From Cyanobacteria bacterium P01_A01_bin.83 (GTDB lineage Bacteria; Cyanobacteriota; Cyanobacteriia; Cyanobacteriales; Xenococcaceae): a stretch of DNA of 34,247 nucleotides. The position numbers were made by a program, and so were the translations under genes. Under the pieces are notes generated by a model that saw only the letters and a program-made list of their open reading frames with translations, did no database searches and was not told the origin of the DNA. Positions 1 to 12,007 of the stretch are shown piece by piece. The first letter of the stretch is position 1; each line of letters starts with the position of its first letter. Where the stretch lies: positions 1 through 34,247 of the forward strand of contig JBCCDL010000001.1 in NCBI GenBank assembly GCA_039030815.1. The letters are read 5' to 3'.

Positions 1-1
1 C

Positions 2-229
2 CCTGAACTAATTGTTACTGAAGGTCAACAAATTGCGGCTGGTGAAGCGTTGACTAACAATCCTAACGTTGGTGGCTTTGGTCAGAAAGATACAGAAGTT
101 GTACTGCAAAGCCCTGCCCGTATCGGTGGCTTAATGGCTTTCGCTGGCGGTATTATGATTTGCCAGATTATGTTGGTACTTAAGAAAAAGCAAGTAGAAC
201 GAGTTCAAGCAGCAGAAATGAACTTCTAA
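2..229 (+). CDS. petA: Apocytochrome f, C-terminal fragment (5' end outside window)
   Basis: Frame 2 translates to [75 protein letters not shown]; NPNVGGFGQ and LKKKQ..VQ.AEMNF are cytochrome f hallmarks. Not in the ORF track. Confidence 0.96.
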   Translation, partial: PELIVTEGQQIAAGEALTNNPNVGGFGQKDTEVVLQSPARIGGLMAFAGGIMICQIMLVLKKKQVERVQAAEMNF

Positions 230-259
230 GTCTATTTGTTTGAAGTTGAATTATTACTT

Positions 260-289
260 AAGGCAGGTTTGCATACCTGTCTTTTTTTT
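260..289 (+). terminator. Rho-independent terminator after petA
   Basis: Stem AAGGCAGGT / ACCTGTCTT with 6-nt loop, running into a T8 tract, about 30 nt after the petA stop. Confidence 0.8.
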
Positions 290-737
290 GCGTTCATAAA
301 TTAACAAATTAGTAAACTTGATCTGATTTATAGAGCGATCGCCTGATTGTCAAGTTATTAAGATCAAACCAAATACAAAATATAGCCGCGTCATCAACAT
401 CTGACTTAAAACTAAATTTTGAATATCTGTTAACTCTGTTAGTGGTTGACTTTGCTTTTCAAATGCTGCTGACAAAAGTGTTGTCACCAACTGTAATAAC
501 TACGCAAATAAAAATCTTGAGTTTAATCAAAGTTAATATAAAAGATTTTGTTTTCAGGTTTATCAGTCTAATAGACAATGAAATGATTTAGATTGAAACC
601 ACCAGATACTCTTTGATATCGCTGTTTTAAATTAAGGCGATCGCTCAATATAATCATTGACTGATTGGTACATAGTTCTTAATAAATCCCCTCACAAACC
701 CTGAAAAGATTTAATCTAAAAGCTGAACTATAAGTAA

Positions 738-3461
<2,724 letters not shown>

Positions 3462-3470
3462 AATCATGCT

Positions 3471-3530
3471 GGCGTAGTTTCCAAGCTCCCCCGTAACTGC
3501 GCCCACTAAGCCTTAATGTTTAGTGGGCTT
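3471..3530 (+). terminator. Stem-loops after apcE (terminator or mRNA 3' stabiliser)
   Basis: GGCGTAGTT/AACTGCGCC (3471-3503) overlapping GCCCACTAA/TTAGTGGGC (3501-3528), then a short T run. Confidence 0.55.
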
Positions 3531-4193
3531 TGAGCCGCATTTTGTGGTCATCATGCTGTTTTTACTTTGGCTAACTTGTTTTACTTAACCATTCCTAAAA
3601 AACTAATTAGCAAATCATTAGTATTGATTGCTGCTTTTTCCTACTGAGAAAATTTATGAGGAGAGTAACGACAAACATTAAATTCTGTTAAGGAGGAGCA
3701 ATTAAGTGTAGCAAAATAAAGGATTATGGTTAAGTTGGGTAATCACTCCGACTTAATAGCTAGGTAATTAGGATGAGCAATAGTGCTTGTTACTAAAGGA
3801 TCTTTAAAGCAAATTTACATATAGTTATAAAAGCAGCGTAATATTACGATAGCTTTGCGTTATGTAAAGGTTTATTAGTTAGGACGGCTAAATCATGCCA
3901 CATTGGTTTGAGGGGAGTTGCTAAGCTAATTTGAACCCAAGGTCTAGAAACTAAGTGCCAAAACGGGTAATCTATAGTCTAGATAGATTTAACTCGTAAC
4001 CACAATAGCTTAGTCTTCGTAAACTATTATTTGGTTTATTTGAGCGGTTTGCACGAGGAGCGATTTTGAGTAATTGCTCTGGTGCTAAAGCTTGAGGTAA
4101 TGGTTAAAAAGAATGCTTTTTAACCGAAAGCTATCAAAAATAAAGATAGTTTGTTTATTAATTTTATTTCATTGTATTGGGAGGAATCCATCG

Positions 4194-4679
4194 ATGAGTA
4201 TAGTCACGAAATCCATCGTGAATGCTGATGCTGAGGCTCGCTATTTGAGTCCTGGCGAATTAGACAGAATTAAGTCTTTTGTAACTACTGGTGAAAGCCG
4301 TCTTCGCATTGCTCAAACTCTAACTGAGTCACGGGAGCGTATCGTTAAACAAGCAGGAGACCAACTGTTTCAAAAGCGCCCTGATGTTGTTTCGCCAGGT
4401 GGAAACGCTTACGGTGAAGAGATGACTGCAACATGTTTGCGAGACATGGACTATTATTTACGCCTAATCACCTACGGTGTAGTTGCAGGAGACACTACTC
4501 CAATTGAAGAGATTGGTTTAGTTGGTGCCAAAGAGATGTACAAATCACTTGGTACTGATGTAGGAGCAATGGCTCAAAGTATCCGTGAGATGAAGAGTGT
4601 TGCTACTTCCATGATGTCTGCTGATGACACTACCGAAGCTGCTTCCTACTTCGACTACGTAATTGGAGCTATGCAGTAG
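4194..4679 (+). CDS. apcA: Allophycocyanin alpha subunit
   Basis: True start [18 protein letters not shown] at ATG 4194 (GGAGG at about 4180-4184), giving 161 aa; TCLRD chromophore Cys. The ORF-track start at 4113 is an upstream extension. Confidence 0.98.
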   Translation: MSIVTKSIVNADAEARYLSPGELDRIKSFVTTGESRLRIAQTLTESRERIVKQAGDQLFQKRPDVVSPGGNAYGEEMTATCLRDMDYYLRLITYGVVAGDTTPIEEIGLVGAKEMYKSLGTDVGAMAQSIREMKSVATSMMSADDTTEAASYFDYVIGAMQ

Positions 4680-4787
4680 TAGTTTTACTCTGCTGCGGCA
4701 AATAACTAGTAACAAACTTTTTCAAAAAATACACTAACTTATCAGTGTTAAACAGTTTAAGACTCGGTAAGATAAGGAAATAAAACT

Positions 4788-5273
4788 ATGCAAGACGCAA
4801 TTACCTCTGTAATTAATTCAGCTGACGTTCAAGGCAGATACCTCGACGGTGCTGCAATGGATAAGCTAAAAAGCTATTTTCAAACTGGTCAATTAAGAGT
4901 TCGTGCAGCTAGCGTTATTAGTGCTAACGCTGCCAGCATCGTTAAAGAAGCAGTAGCAAAATCTTTGCTATATTCTGATGTTACTCGTCCTGGTGGCAAT
5001 ATGTACACCACTCGTCGTTATGCAGCTTGCATCCGCGACTTAGACTATTATTTACGCTATTCCACCTACGCTATGTTAGCTGGTGATCCTTCTATCCTTG
5101 ATGAGCGCGTGCTTAATGGATTAAAAGAAACCTATAACTCTTTAGGCGTTCCTGTTGCTTCAACTGTTCAAGCAATTCAAGCTATGAAAGAAGTTACTGC
5201 TAGCTTGGTTGGTGCCGATGCTGGTAAAGAGATGGGAGTCTATTTTGACTACATCTGCTCTGGCTTAAGCTAA
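4788..5273 (+). CDS. apcB: Allophycocyanin beta subunit
   Basis: [16 protein letters not shown]..., [17 protein letters not shown] motif; 161 aa; AAGGA upstream. Confidence 0.98.
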   Translation: MQDAITSVINSADVQGRYLDGAAMDKLKSYFQTGQLRVRAASVISANAASIVKEAVAKSLLYSDVTRPGGNMYTTRRYAACIRDLDYYLRYSTYAMLAGDPSILDERVLNGLKETYNSLGVPVASTVQAIQAMKEVTASLVGADAGKEMGVYFDYICSGLS

Positions 5274-5340
5274 TCTAAATCAGCGTTTGGGGCTGATTGC
5301 AAAAGCGCCATGAGGTAAAACCGACCCTGCGCGATCGCAC

Positions 5341-5452
5341 AGATTCGGGAAGTCTAGAGTGAGTGCTAGTTCCAACAAAGCTTAGTTTTTCGAGCGCGAA
5401 AGAAAAGATAAGTTTAGACGAGATCTAGTATTGACTTCTGACTCCCGAATTT
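5341..5452 (+). promoter_or_regulatory. Long imperfect RNA hairpin in the apcB-apcC spacer (processing/attenuation element)
   Basis: AGATTCGGGA (5341) pairs with TCCCGAATTT (5443-5452); AGTC/GACT, GTGCTAG/CTAGTAT and AAGCTTAGTTTTTC/GAAAAGATAAGTTT continue the stem with G:U pairs on the + strand. Confidence 0.65.
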
Positions 5453-5582
5453 TGACGTTTTTGATAGCTATGATTTAAACACCTTCAGCTTTGATGTGGC
5501 AAATTAGTCACAGATTACTTGAGAAGAGCAAGATTTACTACAGAAATATTTAACTTTTTTATTTAATAGGAGAAACAATTTC

Positions 5583-5786
5583 ATGCGTATGTTTAGGGTC
5601 AAGGCTTGTGTTCCCAGTCAAACTAGAATCCGCACTCAACGAGAATTGCAAAATACTTATTTTGAAAAGCTGGTACCTTACGACAACTGGTTCCGTGAGC
5701 AGCAACGTATTCAAAAAATGGGCGGAAAAATTATCTCAGTTAGTTTAGACACAGGCAAGCAAGGTATGAATACTGGATTGTCTTGA
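5583..5786 (+). CDS. apcC: Phycobilisome 7.8 kDa core linker LC
   Basis: MRMFRVKACVPSQTRIRTQRELQNTYF...WFREQQRIQKMGGKI; 67 aa; AGGAG RBS; follows apcAB. Confidence 0.98.
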   Translation: MRMFRVKACVPSQTRIRTQRELQNTYFEKLVPYDNWFREQQRIQKMGGKIISVSLDTGKQGMNTGLS

Positions 5787-5814
5787 ATTGAATTGAGCAA
5801 GATTAAGATTTATC

Positions 5815-5839
5815 AAGAGGTCAGACTGACCTCTTTTTT
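5815..5839 (+). terminator. Rho-independent terminator of apcABC
   Basis: Perfect inverted repeat AAGAGGTCAG-A-CTGACCTCTT followed by a T run. Confidence 0.85.
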
Positions 5840-5924
5840 ATATTTTTAGGCGTTTGAGAATAGTTCTCGACAAAATTTTCTCCATTAAAATTAATTTGCT
5901 TGATTAATTTTAAAAATAGCTTAA

Positions 5925-7208
5925 TTGTTCATGATCTTTGTTACCTTTGAACAGCAAAATCATAGAAATCAAGCATTAGTATTTGTGTCAGCTAAACTAA
6001 TCAAATCATATCTTAACTACTTTATCCCTTTCTTCACTCCCCAAATCAAGTCTTGGAACTGGGAAGCGCGTCTTTTAAACTGGTTGACTTGCGTTTGGTT
6101 GATTGTAGGCTTAGTTACTCTAGTTTCTGCTTCTTATCCCGAGGGCATAGTCAATAATAATAATGGATTATATATTTTTAAACGTCAGCTAATCGGAATT
6201 TTTATCGGAATCGTCGGGTTTAATTTCGTTGTCAAGCGTCAATTGAGTAAAACCCTCAAAATTGCTCCCCTAATGATACTAATATTACTACTGTTGATTA
6301 TTGCCACCTTAATACCAGGTTTAGGTAAAACAACTATGGGAGCCAGCCGCTGGATTGCCCTTGGACCATTCTCCTTACAACCATCGGAATTGATTAAACC
6401 TTTCTTAGTATTACAGGCAGCATATCTGTTTTCTAGTTGGGATAGACTTCCCTCTAAAGTGAAAATGGTATGGTTAGTCATTTTTGCTTTAGTTTTGGCA
6501 GCAATTTTAAAACAACCTAATTTAAGTACTACGGGTTTGTGTGGAATGTGTTTATGGCTGATTGCCGTTGCCGCCCAATTACCATGGAGCCAGCTAATTA
6601 TGGTTGCAGGTGGGGGTCTTGGTGTCGCTGCCCTTAGTATTAGCCTTAATACTTACCAATTAGATCGAATTACTTCTTTTATTGACCCATGGCAAGATTA
6701 TCATAATCATGGATATCAGCTAATTCAAAGCTTATTGGCGATCGCATCTGGAAGTCTTGATGGGGTTGGCTTTGGTCTTTCCCAACAGAAATTATCATAT
6801 TTACCAATTCGTTCTACCGACTTTATTTTTTCCGTCTATGCTGAAGAATTCGGCTTCATCGGGTGTATCTTGTTACTGATGTTAATTATGGGCTATGGAA
6901 CCCTGGCATTAAGGGTAGCAATTAAGTGTCGCCATAATGTATCGCGATTAATAGCTGTAGGAGCAATGGTATTTATTGTGGGACAATCACTAATTAATAT
7001 TGGTGTTGCTACAGGTTCTTTGCCAACAACTGGCTTACCTTTACCTTTCTTTAGCTATGGAATTAATTCCATTATTGCTTCATTACTATTAGCGGGGCTA
7101 CTAGTGAGAGTTGCCAGGGAAAGCAATACCGCGCTTGTAATTTCCTTACCGCAAACTCCTCAGTCGACCGTGACCGTTGCTGATAGCCAACAGACTTGGG
7201 GAAAATGA
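5925..7208 (+). CDS. ftsW: SEDS family peptidoglycan glycosyltransferase FtsW (start may be GTG 5985)
   Basis: GASRWI..GPFSLQPSELIK, LKQPNLST, GYQLIQSLLAIASG, TDFIFSVYAEEFG, LPTTGLPLPFFSYG; multiple TM segments; position after apcC. Confidence 0.88.
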   Translation: MFMIFVTFEQQNHRNQALVFVSAKLIKSYLNYFIPFFTPQIKSWNWEARLLNWLTCVWLIVGLVTLVSASYPEGIVNNNNGLYIFKRQLIGIFIGIVGFNFVVKRQLSKTLKIAPLMILILLLLIIATLIPGLGKTTMGASRWIALGPFSLQPSELIKPFLVLQAAYLFSSWDRLPSKVKMVWLVIFALVLAAILKQPNLSTTGLCGMCLWLIAVAAQLPWSQLIMVAGGGLGVAALSISLNTYQLDRITSFIDPWQDYHNHGYQLIQSLLAIASGSLDGVGFGLSQQKLSYLPIRSTDFIFSVYAEEFGFIGCILLLMLIMGYGTLALRVAIKCRHNVSRLIAVGAMVFIVGQSLINIGVATGSLPTTGLPLPFFSYGINSIIASLLLAGLLVRVARESNTALVISLPQTPQSTVTVADSQQTWGK

Positions 7209-7498
7209 ATACAATCGAGGGTAACACTAGTTATTAATTCAATAAGCTGTAAATGCTATGCAGTTGCATCCAATTTATTAACTAAGCCAAGAACGATTTG
7301 TAATCTCATGTTTAAAGACAGATGTCCATTTTATCGAGGAAATCCTATCTTGTCTCAGTAGACAGAAAGTAGCTATACAATAAAGCATCTATGTTCAATT
7401 CTTTTTCTAGAGTCCTAAATATAAAGTTTCAAATTGCAGCAGATAAAATATTTAGCTATAACGTTCGCCAATCTCTGAAGAAGATTATTAATTAAATT

Positions 7499-7690
7499 TG
7501 GTCAGAGATTACTCCGCGCTACAAGGCGGGGCTATCGTCCCATCGTCAGCTTCGCTGACTCTGCTTCCAAAGGAAGCCGCGAGCCTGCTCTGACCGTTGG
7601 TAAGGCACAGCCTGCTTTGCAGGCAAGCGTCGCTTCTAGTGGCGCGAATTAGGGCGATAGCCCATGTGCCACAACTGTTCCTCTGACTTC
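7499..7690 (-). ncRNA. ssrS: Probable 6S RNA (ssaA/ssrS)
   Basis: GC-rich segment of about 190 nt in AT-rich intergenic DNA. The minus strand folds as a rod: GUCAGAG/CUCUGAC closing stem, UUGUGGCACA/UGUAGCGCGG (G:U pairs work only on the minus strand), GGGCUAUCGCCC/GGGACGAUAGCCC, a central bubble, then GAAGC..GCCUGC/GCAGGC..GCUUC. Size and shape match 6S RNA; needs Rfam confirmation. Confidence 0.65.
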
Positions 7691-7746
7691 GTAAATATTG
7701 CTTAAAGTCTTGGTTTACATGGTCACATTTTTTATCCAGCCCAATT

Positions 7747-10700
7747 ATGTCTACTTCCATGAGGAAAATAGATTCTGCTACACTAGCAGCTACTAATTCT
7801 GAGAACATGATGCACTCTCCTGGCTCAATTATTAATAATCGTTATCAGATTATTCAGAAGTTAGGTAGGTCGGACAAAGCTAAGACCTATCTAGCAAAAG
7901 ATCTGCAAGCTACTATTAATGCTAGGTGTGTTGTTGAGCAGTTGAGTCTTCACTGCGAGCATGAGGCTAATTGGCACATTCTGCAACAGCACTTGTTGAA
8001 TGAAGTATCAGTACTGAAAAGACTTGGAGATCATCCCCAAATTCCTCAGCTTTATAATCATTTAACGGCAGAACGAGAATTTTATTTAGTTCGAGAATAC
8101 ATTGATGGTAATAGTCTAGAGCAAGAAGTTGAAAGTAAGGTATTTGAAGAAGCTGATACGATTCAGCTTCTTCAAGATGTTTTGAGAATTTTAGATTTTA
8201 TTCACAAAACTAATGTTGTACATCGCGATGTTCAACCAGCCCACATTATCAGACGTAAACAAGATAACACTTTTACGCTAGTTCATTTTGGAGCAGTTAG
8301 AGAAATTGAATCAACGCAAATAAATTTCAAGGGAGAACTAGTCTGTGATCATATTTACGGAAACTGGTCTTATATTGCACCAGAGCAAAAGAGTAGAGAA
8401 TCTGTATTTTGCAGTGATATTTATGCTTTGGGTAAAACGGCGGTCTATGCTTTGGCAGGAAAATCCCCTCAAGAGCTGGAGCAAGCAAACCTGGAATGGC
8501 AGCAACAGTGTCAAATTAGTCCTAGGCTAGAGGCAATCTTAAGCAAGATGATGTTGATAGATATGGAGCAGCGTTACGGCTCTGCTATTGAAGTGCTGAG
8601 TGATTTGCGTCCTTTACTAAATTTGAGGCAAGTGGTGGGGGGGCGTTACTTAATTACACACTATCTAGGAGGCAGCATCAAAATTGAAACTTATTTAGCT
8701 AAGAATTTGCATCGTCAATACCAATCTCCTTGTATAGTCAAGCAGATTGAGTTACCAAGTGGTGATGGAGAGATCAAGCTAGAACAGCGTTTTGCTGAAG
8801 AACTTTTAATTCTAGAACGGTTAGGGTATCACGAGCAAATTCCTCAAGTTTGGGATCATTTTGAAGAAAACGAGCAGTTTTATTTGATTCAAGAATATTT
8901 TACTGGAGTCAACTTGGCTCAAAAAATAACGCAAGATCATTTATCAACAACTCAAATAGTACAAATATTAGTTAGTGCCTTATCTGTCCTTAGTTTTATT
9001 CACCATAACCGTGTTATTCATCGCAATCTTAAGCCTTCTAACTTGATTATCAAAGATGAAGATGAACAAGTAATTATAACTGACTTTGGTATTTTAAATG
9101 ATATCAAAACGCTTCCCCACCATCTCTTAGAACGGAGTGAACAGCAGGTTCGACAAAACTATTGGTCTCCAGAGCAGATTGCTGGCAGACCAACCATCAG
9201 CAGTGATCTTTATGCTTTGGGGATGACTGCAATTGAGGCTCTAACAAGAGTCAAACCAGCTAAGTTTACTAGAACTCAAACAGGAAAATTACTTTGGTCA
9301 GAAAATATTAATTTAGACCGACGTTTGCTTAAGATTATCAACAAAATGATTGAGCTAGATCTAGGGAAACGCTATCAATCTGCGGATAAAGTTATCCAAG
9401 ATCTGCAAAAAATTAATCTTGCCAGCTTAAATTTGGCACAATCATCCAATTCAGAGCAAAAAACTGTAGATAAATCCAATCGGAGAAAATTAGCCCGATT
9501 GCCAATTTTAATTAGTTTGATCGGCATAGGTTGTTTATTGGGCAGTATTGAATTTGCCTTTCCCACTGTTCGACCTGCATATTATTGGTATCAAGGTCAA
9601 AAAATGCTGCCCGAACAGCCGCAAAATGCTTTAGATACTTTCACTCTTGCAATAGATTTGAAACCACAAAGTGTTCTGGCATGGTCAGGAAGAGGTGATG
9701 CCTTATCTCTACTTGAGCGCTATCCTCAAGCTTTAGAAGCCTATGCCGAAGCCACCAATCTAAATCCTAACAATGTAGAAAATTGGCTTAAACAAGGAAA
9801 TATTTTAGATCGCTTAGAAAGGTTTACTGATGCGATCGCAGCTTACGATCGAGGTTTGGAATTAGAGCCAGATAATGCAGAAATTTATCATCGTAGGGGT
9901 AAAACCTTAAGCAAACTGCAACAATATCAGTCAGCTTTGACAATGCAAGAGACAGCATTAGAATTAGAAAAATTCAACCCTCGATATTTAAGCGCGAGCG
10001 CTCAAAACTTATTGGAGTTGAATCGTTATTACGATGCCCTCAGTACTTTCAATCGAGTTCAAGCAATAGCAGAGCCAAGTTTGCATTTGTGGCAAAATAA
10101 ATATCTCGTGCTGAAAGCTCTGAATCGTCCTCAAGAAGCCGATCGAGTATTTCGCGAGGTAAACAACGGTTATATTAAAATCTTGCAGCACTCACCCAAG
10201 AACGAGCAGATTTGGCTGGCTCAGGGGGACTTTTTTACTACGGCTAACATGTATCAAAAGGCAATTGATTCTTATAATCAAGCTCTCAAGCTTAAACCAA
10301 ATATGTATCAAGGCTGGTTAGCTAAAGGAAAGGTTTTGATCAAACTAGAGCAATATCAACAAGCAAAGACCGCGTTCGACAAAGCCATCGAAATTCGACC
10401 TCAATCCTACATTGCTCTCCAGGCTCAAGGTTTAGCGTCTCAAAATCAGGGTGATTTTACCCAGGCGATCGCACTTTACGATCAGGGACTTGAGATTAAC
10501 CCTAACTATGCTCCTTTGTGGCGCGATCGCGGATTGGCATTTAATCAGCAACAACAATATGCTCAGGCGCTCAAATCTCTATCTAAAGCCAGCAGTCTGG
10601 CAGGCTATGATGCTCAAACATGGCAGGGATTAGCCGAAGCGTGGGCGGCAACTGGTCAAGAACAACAGGCTTTATCTGCTATTAATCGCGCTCTGGAGAT

Positions 10701-10863
10701 TAAGCCCCAAGATGCTGAACTATGGCAGACTAAAGGTTCTATTTATACCAATAATGCTCAATATGACGAAGCCTGTGAGACATATCGTGAATCTCGTCGC
10801 TCTGTACCTAATTCAGAGGTCATTATGAATTCAATGATGAGATTGGGATGCCGTATGAATTAG
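7747..10863 (+). CDS. Membrane protein with two tandem Ser/Thr kinase-like domains, a TM helix and a C-terminal TPR array (start may be ATG 7807)
   Basis: Two Pkn2-type folds (RYQIIQKLG...HRDVQP...APEQ...SDIYALG; RYLITHYLG...HRNLKPSN...DFG...SPEQ...SDLYALG), hydrophobic LPILISLIGIGCLLGSIEFAF, then many TPR repeats (W...G..L....Y..A...Y..A..L.P). Confidence 0.9.
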   Translation: MSTSMRKIDSATLAATNSENMMHSPGSIINNRYQIIQKLGRSDKAKTYLAKDLQATINARCVVEQLSLHCEHEANWHILQQHLLNEVSVLKRLGDHPQIPQLYNHLTAEREFYLVREYIDGNSLEQEVESKVFEEADTIQLLQDVLRILDFIHKTNVVHRDVQPAHIIRRKQDNTFTLVHFGAVREIESTQINFKGELVCDHIYGNWSYIAPEQKSRESVFCSDIYALGKTAVYALAGKSPQELEQANLEWQQQCQISPRLEAILSKMMLIDMEQRYGSAIEVLSDLRPLLNLRQVVGGRYLITHYLGGSIKIETYLAKNLHRQYQSPCIVKQIELPSGDGEIKLEQRFAEELLILERLGYHEQIPQVWDHFEENEQFYLIQEYFTGVNLAQKITQDHLSTTQIVQILVSALSVLSFIHHNRVIHRNLKPSNLIIKDEDEQVIITDFGILNDIKTLPHHLLERSEQQVRQNYWSPEQIAGRPTISSDLYALGMTAIEALTRVKPAKFTRTQTGKLLWSENINLDRRLLKIINKMIELDLGKRYQSADKVIQDLQKINLASLNLAQSSNSEQKTVDKSNRRKLARLPILISLIGIGCLLGSIEFAFPTVRPAYYWYQGQKMLPEQPQNALDTFTLAIDLKPQSVLAWSGRGDALSLLERYPQALEAYAEATNLNPNNVENWLKQGNILDRLERFTDAIAAYDRGLELEPDNAEIYHRRGKTLSKLQQYQSALTMQETALELEKFNPRYLSASAQNLLELNRYYDALSTFNRVQAIAEPSLHLWQNKYLVLKALNRPQEADRVFREVNNGYIKILQHSPKNEQIWLAQGDFFTTANMYQKAIDSYNQALKLKPNMYQGWLAKGKVLIKLEQYQQAKTAFDKAIEIRPQSYIALQAQGLASQNQGDFTQAIALYDQGLEINPNYAPLWRDRGLAFNQQQQYAQALKSLSKASSLAGYDAQTWQGLAEAWAATGQEQQALSAINRALEIKPQDAELWQTKGSIYTNNAQYDEACETYRESRRSVPNSEVIMNSMMRLGCRMN

Positions 10864-10884
10864 TTGTAAATTGCGTATATCAGC

Positions 10885-10911
10885 AAAAAAGGTTGGTATA
10901 TTGCCAACCTT
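10885..10911 (-). terminator. Hairpin terminator between convergent genes
   Basis: AAGGTTGGTA-TAT-TGCCAACCTT with an A6 tract on its left side, which is a U tract on the minus strand. Confidence 0.65.
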
Positions 10912-11045
10912 GAAATTATCACGCTAAGTTATCTGTACTCTTATTATTATTGTTTTTAAAACATTATATATGTGATTGAAAAAGATACCAGTAAATAGAC
11001 GATGCTTATTTTAACTAGCAGCTAATTTAAGATTTGCACTTTAAT

Positions 11046-11321
11046 TTAAATAAAATAGTAATTGAGATTCAACCTTGCCTTACTAATTTTGGCGGAAAGG
11101 CGATTAACAGTAGCCATTTTTTGCTCTATTTGTTCTGATAACTGTGAATCTTGATTATATTTTTGCTGATGCTTTTGTAGTTTAGCCAAAGTTTGTTTAA
11201 CCGTAGCTAATTCTTTCTCAATTTTAATTAAGAGAATAATTAATCGAGCAACCTTTACTGTTTTTTCTTCAGCAACGATCTCTTGTTGAATAGATGAAAT
11301 GTAGTTGTTAATATCTTCCAT
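11046..11321 (-). CDS. Hypothetical coiled-coil protein
   Basis: 91-aa ATG ORF, K/Q/E-rich with heptad-like pattern; a minus-strand terminator lies downstream; no family recognised. Confidence 0.55.
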   Translation of the reverse strand: MEDINNYISSIQQEIVAEEKTVKVARLIILLIKIEKELATVKQTLAKLQKHQQKYNQDSQLSEQIEQKMATVNRLSAKISKARLNLNYYFI

Positions 11322-11746
11322 GAATTTACTGATATGTTAATAAATATGACGAGCGACTCGCAGCTTCACAGCGCATTCGCATGTACGCGCGAGTCTGACA
11401 GAATAACTGCGTTAGCTTTTGTTTCTTAACCTAAGTATATCCGTGAATATAGGGACAAGCTGTAAAGTTTGCGTAATTCTTCGAGAATTTGTGTAAACAA
11501 TGTGTAAATTTACTGATTAAACTCTTGTCATGCCTAATCAGTAAGGATTTTAGAGCAGTAAATTGTGACTAGAATTTCACCTAATAGTATTCTACAGGGT
11601 GAGACACCAGAAGTTAATTATTATTTTCTAGTTGATTTGCCCTACGGAAATATCACAGGTTACAAGCCAATTAATTTACTGATGTTACCCCTTCACCAAT
11701 CTGTGAGGGTTGGTAAAGGGGTAAAGGACAAAGGCGAGAGTTTTAA

Positions 11747-11807
11747 GGGCGTAAATGTGTTTGCGGAGCAAGTCGAAGACTCGGTTCCCTCACATTGTTG
11801 ACCGCCC
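11747..11807. mobile_element. Miniature nested-hairpin element GGGCGTAA...TGTTGACCGCCC within an AAAGG-type short tandem repeat
   Basis: Same termini as 22602-22685; internal stems ATGTG/CACAT, GGAGC/GTTCC and AGTC-GAA-GACT; flanks TAAAGGG-GTAAAGG-ACAAAGG ... TAAGGTTAAAGGG. Confidence 0.6.
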
Positions 11808-12007
11808 GCATTGCCGCATGTAAGGTTAAAGGGTTTATTTGCGTTTTCTGCTAGTTTGGTGAAACTACTAATTTTCCGACCTACTGCGTAACGTCAGTTA
11901 ATTTATTTACGATTATTTGCCTGATCTAACTTTATGAGAACGCGATCTTCTTGATGAAGGATGTTAAAACAGATACTTTGAACCACATCCTGAAGAGTAG
12001 ATAAAGC

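Noticed and set aside
4113-4193. 27-aa N-terminal extension of ApcA in the ORF track
   Set aside because: The canonical MSIVTK start at 4194 has a GGAGG RBS and gives the normal 161 aa.
7509-7808. 99-aa minus-strand ORF
   Set aside because: It runs through the structured RNA and overlaps the kinase start; it is open mainly because of high GC; no protein motif.
11565-11801. 78-aa plus-strand ORF
   Set aside because: GTG start without RBS; the 3' half is translated STRR and hairpin-element sequence.
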